Assembly: GCA_963797455.1 (NCBI GenBank)
Contig: CAWCPK010000001.1
Location: 1,338,155-1,402,154 of the forward strand
DNA from: an uncultured Actinomycetota bacterium
GTDB lineage: Bacteria > Actinomycetota > Actinomycetes > Mycobacteriales > Jatrophihabitantaceae
Reading direction: 5' to 3'
Length of the DNA stretch: 64,000 nt
Part shown: positions 8,108 to 19,542 of the stretch, piece by piece
How the letters are laid out: every line of letters begins with the position of its first letter
Numbering within the stretch: position 1 is the stretch's first letter
Translations under genes and position numbers: made by a program
The notes under the pieces: model-generated
The model's input: only the letters and a program-made list of their open reading frames with translations
Databases searched by the model: none
Told to the model about the DNA's origin: nothing

Positions 8108-10600
8108 CTACAACCCGCGCAGCCGGCGCGGGCCGGTGTCGGCGCGCGCAGTCGGCGGCGCCACCCGCCCGGACACCGCGATGACGTGCGCGCCGATCGG
8201 GGTGGCCAGGGCGGTCAGCCGGCACTCGGCGATTTCGGGCAGCGCGTCGCCGAGCGCGGACAGCCGCAACGCAAGATCGGCCAGCGCGTCCAGGTCGCAC
8301 GGCTCGCTGCCCTGGTAGCCGGTCAGCAGCGGCGACGCGCGCGGCGTGAGGATCAGCTCCTCGGCGTCCTGGGTGGTGAGCGGTGCCGCGGCGTAGGCGG
8401 TGTCGCCGAGCAGTTCCGTGGCCACCCCGCCGACGCCGAACGAGACGAGGGCGCCGAACGAGCGGTCGTCGAACACCGACAGCTCGACCAGCACCGTCTG
8501 CGCCGGGCGCTCGAAGGACAGCACGACACCGAGGCTGCCGAGCAGCCGCCCGCCCTCCTCCGCGGTCAGCTCCCGACCGGACGGCGTCGACGCCAGCACC
8601 TCGTGGACGATGTCGCGCGCCGCGGTGAGCTGGACATCGGGTAGCTCAGGGACGGTGCCCGGCGGGGTGGAGCGCCAGATCGCGTAGCGCACCGCCCGGG
8701 CAAGCGCCCGCACCGCCCGCTCCGGTGAGGGGTAGGACGGCACCGAGCCACGTGCGGGAGCGTGCGAGCCACCGGCGGACAGCGCCTCGGGCACGCCCTC
8801 GAACCCGAGGAACGTCGAGAGCACCGGCTTCGGGCTCGTCGCCGTCACTGCCCGCACGGCGCGCGCCACCTCGTCGCCGGCACCGCGCTGCAGTGGCGGC
8901 ACGAACACGACGGTGACGGCGTCCACGTCCGGGTCCTCGACCGCACCGCGCAGCGCCGCCTCGAACGCCGCGCCGCCGGCCTCGACGCCGATGTCGTCCA
9001 GCCGGGTGAGCTGCAGCCCCTCGGCCGCGCAGGCGTTTGCGACGAGCACCCCGATCGCCGTGGAGTTGCCCACCACTGCGACCCGGTCGCCCGCCGGCAG
9101 CGGTTGCGTCGACAGCAGCAGCGCCACGTCGAACATGCCGCTGACCGTCTCGACCCGGATCACGCCGGACGCCTCGAACAGCGCGCGCGCACTCACCTCC
9201 GGCAGCTCGACGGAGGTCTGCTCGAGGCCGTGCACGAGTGCGGCCGTACCGCTCTTGACGGCGATGATCGGCTTGTGGCGGCCGAGCCGTCGGCTCAGCC
9301 GGGCGAACTTGCGCGGGTTGCCGAAACTCTCCAGATACATGAGGACGACGTCGGTGCTCTCGTCGGTCTCCCAGAACTGCAGCAGGTCGTTGCCCGAGAC
9401 GTCCGCGCGGTTGCCCGCCGAGACGAACGTCGACACACCGAGCCCGCGCCGCGCGGCCTCGCCGAGGATGGTCACGCCGAGTGCACCGGACTGCGAGAAG
9501 AACCCGACGCGACCGGGCAGCGGGGACAGCGGCGCCAGCGACGCGTTGAGCCGGATGTCGGCCTCGGTGTTGACGATGCCGAGGCAGTTCGGGCCGACCA
9601 CCCGCATGCCGTACTTGCGTGCCGACGCGACGAGGTCGCGCTGCGCCTCCCGGCCGTCCTTGCGCTCCGCCACGCCGCCGCGCTCGCCGAACCCGCCGGA
9701 GATCACGACCAGCCCGCGCACGCCACGCTTCGCGCAGTTCTCCACGACACCGGGGACGGAAGCGGCGGGCACCGCGATCACCACGAGATCGATGTCATCT
9801 GGCACGTCCAGGACGGTCGGGTAGGCGCGCACCCCACCGACGTGCCGAGCGTCCGGGTTGACCGGGTACAGCGGGCCGTCGAACCCCATCCGCAGCAGGT
9901 TCACGAACACCGCGTTGCCCAACTTGCCCTCGTCGTTGCTCGCGCCGACCACGGCGACGGACTTGGGTCGAAGCAACCGGGCGATCGAGCGAGCCTCGGC
10001 GTGCTGCTCGCGCTCGCGCATCACCGCTTCGGTGACCGCGGTCTCGTCGACGTCGAACTCGAGGGTCACCTCGCCGTACTCCATGTGCCGGGTGGTCTCG
10101 TACCCGGCGTCGCGGAACACCCGGATCATCCCGGTGTTCTCGGCGAGGACGATGGCGACGAAACGCCGGACACCCACCTCGCGCGCGGCGGCCGCGAGAT
10201 GCTCGAGCAACACGGACCCGATGCCGCGGCCCTGGTGCCGGTCCGCGACGACGAATGCGACCTCCGCGTCGTCCGTCCCTGGGTGCCGCTCGTAGCGGCC
10301 CACGGCGATGATCTCGCCGGCGAGCTCCGCGACGAATGCGACCCGGTCGTGGTGGTCGACGTTCGTGAAGCGGTACAGGTCCCGTTCGGACATTCGGGGG
10401 TACGCGGAGAAGTAGCGCAGGTAGCGGGTGCGCTGCGACAGGCCGGCGTGGAACGCCACCAGCGCTTCCGCGTCGCTCGGCCGGATCGGGCGCAGGTGCA
10501 CGGTGCCGCCGTCGGCCGCGACGACGTCGGCCTCCCAATGTGCGGGTGGGACGGGCTCGGGCTCGGCTTGCTCGGGCGCCGCCGGCAACTCGTCAGTCAC
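8108..10600 (-). CDS. bifunctional GNAT acetyltransferase / NDP-forming acyl-CoA synthetase-like protein (actinomycete PatA-type protein lysine acetyltransferase)
   Basis: N-terminal GNAT (RHQGRGIGSVLL), then CoA-binding and succinyl-CoA-synthetase-like ATP-grasp domains; 830 aa. Confidence 0.8.
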   Translation of the reverse strand: MTDELPAAPEQAEPEPVPPAHWEADVVAADGGTVHLRPIRPSDAEALVAFHAGLSQRTRYLRYFSAYPRMSERDLYRFTNVDHHDRVAFVAELAGEIIAVGRYERHPGTDDAEVAFVVADRHQGRGIGSVLLEHLAAAAREVGVRRFVAIVLAENTGMIRVFRDAGYETTRHMEYGEVTLEFDVDETAVTEAVMREREQHAEARSIARLLRPKSVAVVGASNDEGKLGNAVFVNLLRMGFDGPLYPVNPDARHVGGVRAYPTVLDVPDDIDLVVIAVPAASVPGVVENCAKRGVRGLVVISGGFGERGGVAERKDGREAQRDLVASARKYGMRVVGPNCLGIVNTEADIRLNASLAPLSPLPGRVGFFSQSGALGVTILGEAARRGLGVSTFVSAGNRADVSGNDLLQFWETDESTDVVLMYLESFGNPRKFARLSRRLGRHKPIIAVKSGTAALVHGLEQTSVELPEVSARALFEASGVIRVETVSGMFDVALLLSTQPLPAGDRVAVVGNSTAIGVLVANACAAEGLQLTRLDDIGVEAGGAAFEAALRGAVEDPDVDAVTVVFVPPLQRGAGDEVARAVRAVTATSPKPVLSTFLGFEGVPEALSAGGSHAPARGSVPSYPSPERAVRALARAVRYAIWRSTPPGTVPELPDVQLTAARDIVHEVLASTPSGRELTAEEGGRLLGSLGVVLSFERPAQTVLVELSVFDDRSFGALVSFGVGGVATELLGDTAYAAAPLTTQDAEELILTPRASPLLTGYQGSEPCDLDALADLALRLSALGDALPEIAECRLTALATPIGAHVIAVSGRVAPPTARADTGPRRLRGL

Positions 10601-11765
10601 GCGGATCGTCCGGATCGAGGCCGAGCAGCGGGAACACCGCCCGGCGGGTCGCGCCGATGGCGCCGTCCAGCCAGCCCTCGCCGCCCGGCTCCCAGGGCCG
10701 CACTTCGGGGACCGGCCGCTCCCCCATCGTCGAGGGCAGCTCGCCGCGCACGCCCCGGCTGCGCAGATGCTCGACCCAGCCGGACGGGATCGGGGTGTCG
10801 GCGTCGATCGGGCGCCCGGACGCCTCGGCGAGCAGGTGCGTCCAGGTCCGCGGGACGCAGCGGATCAGCCCGTAACCGCCGCCCCCGAACGCGACCCACT
10901 TGCCGCCGGTCACGTCATGCGCGAGCCGGTGCAGCTCGGCGATCGCGCTGCGCTGGCCGTCGATCGTCAGCTCGAGGTTGGCGAGTGGGTCCTCGTGGTG
11001 GGTGTCGCAGCCGCACTGCGTGACGAGCACGTCCGGGGCGAAGGCGCGCACGGCACCGGGCACGACGGCGCGGAACGCGCGCAGCCACCCGACGTCCCCC
11101 GTACCCGGTGGCAGGGCGACGTTCACCGCCGTCCCCTCCGCGTCGCCGGTGCCGATCTCGGTCGGCATCCCGGTGCCGGGGAACAGCGTGCGTGGATCCT
11201 GGTGCAGGCTGACCGTCAGCACGCGCGGGTCGTCGTAGAACGCGGTCTGCACGCCGTCGCCGTGGTGGACGTCGATGTCCACGTAGGCGACCCGCTTCGC
11301 CCCTGCCGCGAGCAGGGTGCGGATCGCGAGCACGACGTCGTTGAAGATGCAGAACCCGGAGGCGTAGCCACGCATCGCGTGGTGCAGGCCGCCGGCGATG
11401 TTGACGGCGTGCTCGACCTCGCCGTTCCACATCCGCAGAGCCGCCTGCACCGACCCGCCGGCGACCAGGGCGGAGGCGTCGTACATGCCCGGGAACACCG
11501 GGTCGTCGCTCGTGCCGAGCCCGAAGCCGTTGAAGGACGGGTCCTCGCTGGCACTGCGGACGGCGTCGAGATACGCCGCGTCGTGGATCGTCAGTAGCTG
11601 CCGCTCGTCGGCCGGTATCGGTGCGGTGATGTCGAGCGGCTCCAGCACCCCGAGCTCGCGGGCGAGCCGGATCGTCAGGTCCAGCCGGACGGGGTTGAGC
11701 GGGTGCTCGCCGAAGTCGTACGCGAGATAGCGCTCGTCCCAGATCGCACCCGTTCGGCACTCCAT
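10593..11765 (-). CDS. acetoin utilization AcuC / histone deacetylase family protein
   Basis: HDAC motifs (DIDVHHGDG, GGGGY); 8-nt overlap with the downstream pat-like gene. Confidence 0.8.
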   Translation of the reverse strand: MECRTGAIWDERYLAYDFGEHPLNPVRLDLTIRLARELGVLEPLDITAPIPADERQLLTIHDAAYLDAVRSASEDPSFNGFGLGTSDDPVFPGMYDASALVAGGSVQAALRMWNGEVEHAVNIAGGLHHAMRGYASGFCIFNDVVLAIRTLLAAGAKRVAYVDIDVHHGDGVQTAFYDDPRVLTVSLHQDPRTLFPGTGMPTEIGTGDAEGTAVNVALPPGTGDVGWLRAFRAVVPGAVRAFAPDVLVTQCGCDTHHEDPLANLELTIDGQRSAIAELHRLAHDVTGGKWVAFGGGGYGLIRCVPRTWTHLLAEASGRPIDADTPIPSGWVEHLRSRGVRGELPSTMGERPVPEVRPWEPGGEGWLDGAIGATRRAVFPLLGLDPDDPRD

Positions 11766-11821
11766 GCAGCGAACGGTACTTGCGACGGATTTGCACTGGC
11801 CTGCGGGCATAGCGTGGGCTG

Positions 11822-12385
11822 GTGCTGCACCCGGAGTACCCGATCGTCACGAAGCGGCTGTTGCTGCGCCCACTCGACCCGGCCACCGATGTCGATGCGG
11901 TGCACGCCTACCAGTCCCGCGAGGACGTCTGCCGCTACATCCCCTACTTCCCGCGCACCCGCGAGCAGGTCGTCGAACGGCTCGCCGATCCCGAGCGGAC
12001 CCGATCCACGATCGAGAAGGAAGGCCAGCTCGTCAGCCTCGCCGTCGTCGTACGTGAAACCGGAGATCTCGTCGGGGACGTGATCCTGGTGTGGTCCAGT
12101 GCCGAGCACCGCAGCGGTGAGATCGGTTATGTCCTCAATCCCGTCCACCAGGGCAACGGCTACGCCGCCGAGGCGTGTCAGGCGTTGCTCGCGCTCGCCT
12201 TCGACGACCTCGACCTGCACCGCGTCATCGCCAGGGTGGACGAACGCAACGCCGCGTCGGCCGCCGTCCTGCGTCGGGTCGGCATGCGCCAGGAGGCTGT
12301 CCTGCTCGAGAACGAGTGGTTCAAGGGCGAGTGGACGAACGAGATCGACTTCGCGATCCTCGCCGCCGAGTGGCGCACTCGCTGA
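11822..12385 (+). CDS. GNAT family N-acetyltransferase (RimJ/RimL-like)
   Basis: GNAT core; EIGYVL..QGNGYAAEA. Confidence 0.75.
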   Translation: MLHPEYPIVTKRLLLRPLDPATDVDAVHAYQSREDVCRYIPYFPRTREQVVERLADPERTRSTIEKEGQLVSLAVVVRETGDLVGDVILVWSSAEHRSGEIGYVLNPVHQGNGYAAEACQALLALAFDDLDLHRVIARVDERNAASAAVLRRVGMRQEAVLLENEWFKGEWTNEIDFAILAAEWRTR

Positions 12386-12395
12386 CCAGGGGCGC

Positions 12396-14571
<2,176 letters not shown>

Positions 14572-14784
14572 GCCGGACACCGGCCGGCCGGCCTGCAAGC
14601 CGCTCGCGTCGGCGGCGGCGTCCGTGCGCTTGTCCGGCCGCATGTCGCGGAATGGGGCCTGGTGCCGATCTGGCTCGTCCAGGCAGGCGCATTCCGCGCG
14701 TCCTGAAAGTCTCGCCAACCGCCCCTGTCGGCGGCGGTTCGGGTGATTTGATCTTGCCGCCGCGGAGGTACAGCGTGCCTGTCT

Positions 14785-15827
14785 GGTTCTGTACTACGCG
14801 CGTCATGCTTATCCGGTTAGGTCAGGTAGCTTGGGCAAATGCCGCGTCCTGACTTCCCCCGGACGATCGTTGAGTTCCAGCGCTGGTTTCCCGACGACGA
14901 GGCCTGCACGCAGTACCTGTTCGAGTCGCGTTGGCCGGACGGCTTCCGCTGTCCGCGGTGCGGACATGAGCACGCTTGGCCGGTGACCAAGCGCCGGGTG
15001 TTGTGGGAGTGCGCGGCCTGTCATCGGCAGACGTCGCTGACCGCGGGCACGGTGCTGCACAAGACGCGCACGCCGCTGCATCTGTGGTTCTGGGCGGCCT
15101 ACCTGATGAGCACCCCAACGCCGGGGGTGTCGGCGCTGCAGCTGCAACGCCAGCTCGGGCTGAGTCGCTATGAGACGACCTGGATGATGCTGCACAAGCT
15201 GCGCCGGGCGATGGTCAACCCCGAACGCGATCCGCTGAGCGGCGAGGTCGAAGTCGACGAGTGCTACATCGGCGGGCCCGAAGCCGGCCTGCGCGGCGGA
15301 CGCCAACATGGCGACAAAGCCCTGGTCGTGGTGGCCGTAGAGGTCCGGGGCACCGCCAGCGGCCGGGTGCGGCTGGCCGTCGTTCCCGACGCCTCCGGCC
15401 CCACCCTGACCGGCTTCGTCCGCGCCAACATCACCGCCGGCGCGATCGTGCACACTGACGGCTTCCGCGGCTACCGACCGCTGCCCAGCCACGGTTACCA
15501 GCATCGCCCGCACAGCCAACTTGCCGCTCGCGCCGCCGGTGCGGACATTGACGAGATCCTGCCCCGCGTGCACCGGGTGATCTCCAACCTCAAGAGCTGG
15601 CTGCGAGGCACCCACCGCGGCGTGTCCGGTGAACACCTACAGGTCTACCTCGACGAGTACGCCTTCCGGTTCAACCGCCGCCGCACCCCGATGGCCGCCT
15701 TCCAGACCCTGCTCGGCTTACAAGCCCAACAGCCGCCAACCACCTACCGGCAGATCGTCGCCAGACCCGAGCCCTTCCCAGCTCACCTGATCTAACCGGA
15801 TAAGCATGACGCGCGTAATACAAACCG
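14785..15827. mobile_element. IS1595-family insertion sequence (~1.04 kb)
   Basis: Terminal inverted repeats GGTTCTGTACTACGCGCGTCATGCTTATCCGGTTAG (left) and its near-perfect complement (right) bracket a single transposase ORF; no clean target-site duplication found. Confidence 0.8.
14839..15795 (+). CDS. IS1595 family transposase
   Basis: N-terminal zinc-ribbon (CPRCGHEHAW...CAAC) and DDE domain typical of IS1595/ISXO2-like transposases. Confidence 0.85.
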   Translation: MPRPDFPRTIVEFQRWFPDDEACTQYLFESRWPDGFRCPRCGHEHAWPVTKRRVLWECAACHRQTSLTAGTVLHKTRTPLHLWFWAAYLMSTPTPGVSALQLQRQLGLSRYETTWMMLHKLRRAMVNPERDPLSGEVEVDECYIGGPEAGLRGGRQHGDKALVVVAVEVRGTASGRVRLAVVPDASGPTLTGFVRANITAGAIVHTDGFRGYRPLPSHGYQHRPHSQLAARAAGADIDEILPRVHRVISNLKSWLRGTHRGVSGEHLQVYLDEYAFRFNRRRTPMAAFQTLLGLQAQQPPTTYRQIVARPEPFPAHLI

Positions 15828-15852
15828 CGACCACCACCCTCCTGCCACCGCG

Positions 15853-15872
15853 GGTGGTTCAGCTGAACCGCC
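15853..15872. repeat. 20-bp near-perfect palindrome GGTGGTTCAGCTGAACCGCC, 26 bp from the IS right end
   Basis: Direct reading. Confidence 0.8.
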
Positions 15873-16115
15873 GATGCAACTTGACCGTTCCCCGCTCCTG
15901 CCCGCCTGCACCCCGATGGACCGAGCACCCCCGGGCAAAGGTGAGCGCACACGAGAGCCCATCATCGGCGCGATGCGCACGCGCCGTCGCGCGAGTCTCG
16001 GTGCCGCGGGACCGTAGCGACCGTGCAGCGTGTCGTGCTGGTCGCGAATTCGGACCTGCCGGGGCGGCACTTTCGCGGCGTGGCCGTTGTCGGTGCCCGC
16101 GCGGAAGATGGCGCG

Positions 16116-16688
16116 GTGGTGACGATCGCGGATGCGACGGCCGAGCGCTGGGACGACGTCGTCTCCGTCATGGGCACGCGCGGGGAGGCGGCGCGCTGCT
16201 GGTGTCAGTGGTTCCGGCACAACCGTCCGGGCTTCTACGCCACGTCGCTCGAGCAGCGGCGGGCCGCACTGCAGGCCCAGACCGGCACGGCGCCGCCGCC
16301 GGGGTTGCTGGCCTACGACGCGGCGGGCGTGCCGTCAGGGTGGTGTGCGGTGGCGCCGCGGGCGGACTACCCGCGGTTGACGACGTACCCGGTCGCCGCA
16401 CCGACCGAGGACGAGGACGGCTTGTGGTCGGTGACCTGCTTCGTCGTGCGCGTGGGCGCCCGCAGGAAGGGCCTCACCGATGTGCTGCTCGACGGCGCGG
16501 TCGACCTCGCGCGCCGGCACGGGGCGCGCATCGTCGAGGCCTACCCACTCGACACGATGGTGCGGGCCGCGTCGTCGGCCGAGCTGTTCCACGGCCCGCT
16601 GTCGGTGTTCCTCGGCGCGGGCTTCCGCGAGGTGGGCCCCCGGGTCGCGCCTGCCCGCCCGGTGGTTCGCCTGGCCCTGGACCGCTGA
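16116..16688 (+). CDS. GNAT family acetyltransferase
   Basis: C-terminal RxxGxG/A-like motif (VRVGARRKGL); GTG start inferred. Confidence 0.55.
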   Translation: MVTIADATAERWDDVVSVMGTRGEAARCWCQWFRHNRPGFYATSLEQRRAALQAQTGTAPPPGLLAYDAAGVPSGWCAVAPRADYPRLTTYPVAAPTEDEDGLWSVTCFVVRVGARRKGLTDVLLDGAVDLARRHGARIVEAYPLDTMVRAASSAELFHGPLSVFLGAGFREVGPRVAPARPVVRLALDR

Positions 16689-16820
16689 CCGCCGGCGGCG
16701 AGCGGGGCCGAGTCATCGTGCCGCGGTCAGCCGGCGGTGACCTCGTCAGGATGTGTTGGCCGTTGGCGCATAAATCGTGCGCCGACGTGGGCAATGAACC
16801 TGCACATGACTGCGGCGTGA

Positions 16821-16846
16821 CCGTGCGGTTCAGCTGAACCGCACGG
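16821..16846. repeat. 26-bp perfect palindrome CCGTGCGGTTCAGCTGAACCGCACGG
   Basis: Shares the core GGTTCAGCTGAACC with the palindrome at 15853..15872. Confidence 0.85.
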
Positions 16847-16928
16847 CTCGCACGCGATCTTGTGCGGATAGCTGCGCTCGAGCGCGGCGTGCTGCACCAT
16901 CGCGGATCGTCCTGCGTCGTCCGCTCAG

Positions 16929-16995
16929 CGAGTGGCCAGTTAGGACCCGAGTGGCCGGGTATGACGGCCCACTCGGGTCCAGATGGCCCACTCGA
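16929..16995. repeat. nested inverted repeats built from GAGTGGCC / GGCCCACTC
   Basis: CGAGTGGCC..GACCCGAGTGGCC-N9-GGCCCACTCGGGTC..GGCCCACTCG. Confidence 0.75.
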
Positions 16996-17097
16996 TGCCG
17001 CAACCGGGACCAGCACGGTCATCGGCCAATACAGTCCGGTTCACCTTCACCGGCAGGCACGACGTCTAGGCGCCGACATCAACACTTCCTGCCGAGG

Positions 17098-18459
17098 TCA
17101 GCCGGCGGCGAGATGGCCGAGCAGGTCCTGCCGGGTGAGCACGCCGGCCGGCTTGCCGTCCACGTGCACCAGCAGCGCGTCCCCCTTGCTCAGCGCGGAG
17201 ACCGCGGCCGACACCGGCTCGCCCGACCCGATGATCGGCAGCGGCTCGGACATGTGCCGTTCCACCGCGTCGGCAAGCGCCGCGGTGCCGGTGAACAGCG
17301 CGTCGAGCAGCGCCCGCTCGGACACCGAGCCGACGACCTCGCCGGCCGTGACGGGTGGCTCGGCCTTCACGACCGGCATCTGCGACACCCCGTACTCGCG
17401 CAGGATGTCGATCGCCTCGCGCACCGTCTCGTTCGGGTGGCCGTGCACGAGCGACGGGGTCTCGCCGGACTTCGAGCGCAGCACGTCCGCGACCGTGGCC
17501 TCGGCCGACTCGCTCAGGAAGCCGTAGTCGGCCATCCACGCGTCGTTGAAGATCTTCGACAGGTAGCCGCGCCCGCCGTCGGGCAGCAGCACGACGACGA
17601 CGTCGTCCGGCCCGCAGCGCCCCGCGACCTCGAGCGCTGCGACGACCGCCATCCCGCACGAGCCGCCGACGAGCAGCCCCTCCTCGCGCGCGAGGCGGCG
17701 GGTCATCGCGAAGGAGGCAGCGTCGGAGACCGCGATGATCTCGTCACAGATCGTCGGGTCGTAGGTCGCCGGCCAGAAATCCTCGCCGACGCCCTCGACG
17801 AGATACGGACGGCCCGTCCCGCCCGAATACACCGAGCCCTCCGGGTCGGCGCCGACGATCCGCACCGTGCCCTGCTCCTTGAGGTAGCGGCCGGTGCCGC
17901 TGATCGTGCCGCCGGTACCGACCCCGGCGACGAAGTGCGTGATGCGCCCGTCGGTCTGCTCCCACAGTTCGGGGCCGGTGGTCTCGTAATGGGAGATCGG
18001 GTTGTTCTCGTTCGCGTATTGGTCCGGCTTCCAGCCGCCCGGCCGCTCGCCGGCCAGCCGGTCCGAGACGGAGTAGTACGACCGCGGGTCCTCGGGCGCG
18101 ACGGCGGTCGGGCAGACGACGACCTCGGCGCCGTACGCGCGCAATGTGTCGATCTTGTCCCGGCTGACCTTGTCCGGGCAGACGAAGACGCAGTGGTAGC
18201 CACGTTGCTGGGCGACGATGGCCAGCCCGATGCCGGTGTTGCCCGACGTCGGCTCGACGATCGTCGCGCCCGGCAGCAGCTCGCCGGACGCCTCCGCGGC
18301 GTCGATCATCCGGACCGCGATGCGATCCTTCACCGACCCGCCGGGGTTGAGGTACTCGACCTTCGCCAGGACGGTCGGGGCGAGGCCCGCGCTGACGCGG
18401 TTCAACCGGACCAGCGGGGTGTTGCCGATCAGCTGTACGACGGAATCGCTGAAACGCAT
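17098..18459 (-). CDS. cbs: cystathionine beta-synthase
   Basis: PLP-lysine motif (NPGGSVKDR), GNTG loop, tandem C-terminal CBS domains. Confidence 0.85.
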   Translation of the reverse strand: MRFSDSVVQLIGNTPLVRLNRVSAGLAPTVLAKVEYLNPGGSVKDRIAVRMIDAAEASGELLPGATIVEPTSGNTGIGLAIVAQQRGYHCVFVCPDKVSRDKIDTLRAYGAEVVVCPTAVAPEDPRSYYSVSDRLAGERPGGWKPDQYANENNPISHYETTGPELWEQTDGRITHFVAGVGTGGTISGTGRYLKEQGTVRIVGADPEGSVYSGGTGRPYLVEGVGEDFWPATYDPTICDEIIAVSDAASFAMTRRLAREEGLLVGGSCGMAVVAALEVAGRCGPDDVVVVLLPDGGRGYLSKIFNDAWMADYGFLSESAEATVADVLRSKSGETPSLVHGHPNETVREAIDILREYGVSQMPVVKAEPPVTAGEVVGSVSERALLDALFTGTAALADAVERHMSEPLPIIGSGEPVSAAVSALSKGDALLVHVDGKPAGVLTRQDLLGHLAAG

Positions 18460-18488
18460 GCCCGACACATTGCCACTAACCTCGGCTC

Positions 18489-19517
18489 GTGACACTGCGC
18501 CGGGCCCACCGCATCGCCCTGTTCACGGGCGGCAGCCTCGGCGGCCTCACCGTCACGGGCCTCGCCGCGCTCGTCGGGGTGATCTGGGGCGAGGTCAAGC
18601 TCGCCGAGCGCCGCATCCCGGTCGCCACGGACGCCCCGCCGGAGCACAACGACACGGTGTGGGCCGCGGCCGGCGTGAGCCGCACCCGGCCGCCGATCCG
18701 GCTCGCGATGGTCGGCGACTCGCTGGCCGCCGGCTACGGCGTCTACCGCGACCGCGACACCCCCGGTGCGCAGCTCGCGATCGGCATCTCGGAGGCCGCC
18801 CGGCGTCCCGTCCACCTCACCAACGTGGCCGTCGTCGGCGCCGAGTCCCCGGATCTGTTCGTCCAGGTCGACGCGCTCGGCCGCAAGCGGCTGGATCTCG
18901 CGATCATCATGATCGGCGCGAACGACGTCACCGAGCGGACGAAGCCCTCCGTCGCGGTCCCCTTCCTCGAGGAGACCGTGCGCCGGCTGCGGGCGATCGG
19001 CGCCGAGGTGGTCGTCGGCACCTGCCCGGACCTCGGCACGATCCGGCCGCTGGCGCAGCCGCTGCGCGCCTACGCCCGGCGCCTGTCGCGGGAGATGGCC
19101 CGCGCGCAGACGGTCGCGGTGGTGGGCGCCGGCGGGCGCACGGTGTCGCTCGGCGACCTGCTCGGCCCACTGTTCATGACCCGCCTCGAGCTGTTCTCCG
19201 AGGACCAGTTCCATCCGTCCGCGGCCGGCTACGCCGAGGCGGCGCGCGCCGTCCTGCCGTCCTGCCTGGACGAGCTGGGGCTGCGCACCCGCGCCCGCTC
19301 GGTCAGCGCGTTCACCACGCGGCGCGTCAAGACGGCGAAGCGGGCGGCCGCGCAGGCCGTGGCGCACCCGGGTGCCGAGGTCGCGGGCGCCGAGCGGTTC
19401 GGGCGCAGCGAGGGGCGCCGCGGCCCGTTCGCGCAGCTGCGCCGCCGGCTGCCGCGCCGGCCACAGGCCCGCTCGCCGGAGGACGCCATCCCGGTCAGCG
19501 CCGCGCCGTCCCTATAG
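18489..19517 (+). CDS. SGNH/GDSL hydrolase family protein
   Basis: GDS(L) block MVGDSLAAG and a C-terminal DxxH block; N-terminal TM. Confidence 0.75.
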   Translation: MTLRRAHRIALFTGGSLGGLTVTGLAALVGVIWGEVKLAERRIPVATDAPPEHNDTVWAAAGVSRTRPPIRLAMVGDSLAAGYGVYRDRDTPGAQLAIGISEAARRPVHLTNVAVVGAESPDLFVQVDALGRKRLDLAIIMIGANDVTERTKPSVAVPFLEETVRRLRAIGAEVVVGTCPDLGTIRPLAQPLRAYARRLSREMARAQTVAVVGAGGRTVSLGDLLGPLFMTRLELFSEDQFHPSAAGYAEAARAVLPSCLDELGLRTRARSVSAFTTRRVKTAKRAAAQAVAHPGAEVAGAERFGRSEGRRGPFAQLRRRLPRRPQARSPEDAIPVSAAPSL

Positions 19518-19542
19518 TTCTGGAAGACCGAAGGAGCCGTCC

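Noticed and set aside
8762-11023. 753-aa ORF antisense to the pat/acuC genes
   Set aside because: Antisense shadow ORF; Arg/Ala/Pro-rich; the sense strand carries clear GNAT/HDAC motifs.
15806-16837. 343-aa ORF starting inside the IS right end
   Set aside because: Off-frame over the GNAT gene and intergenic palindromes; Arg/Gly-rich junk.
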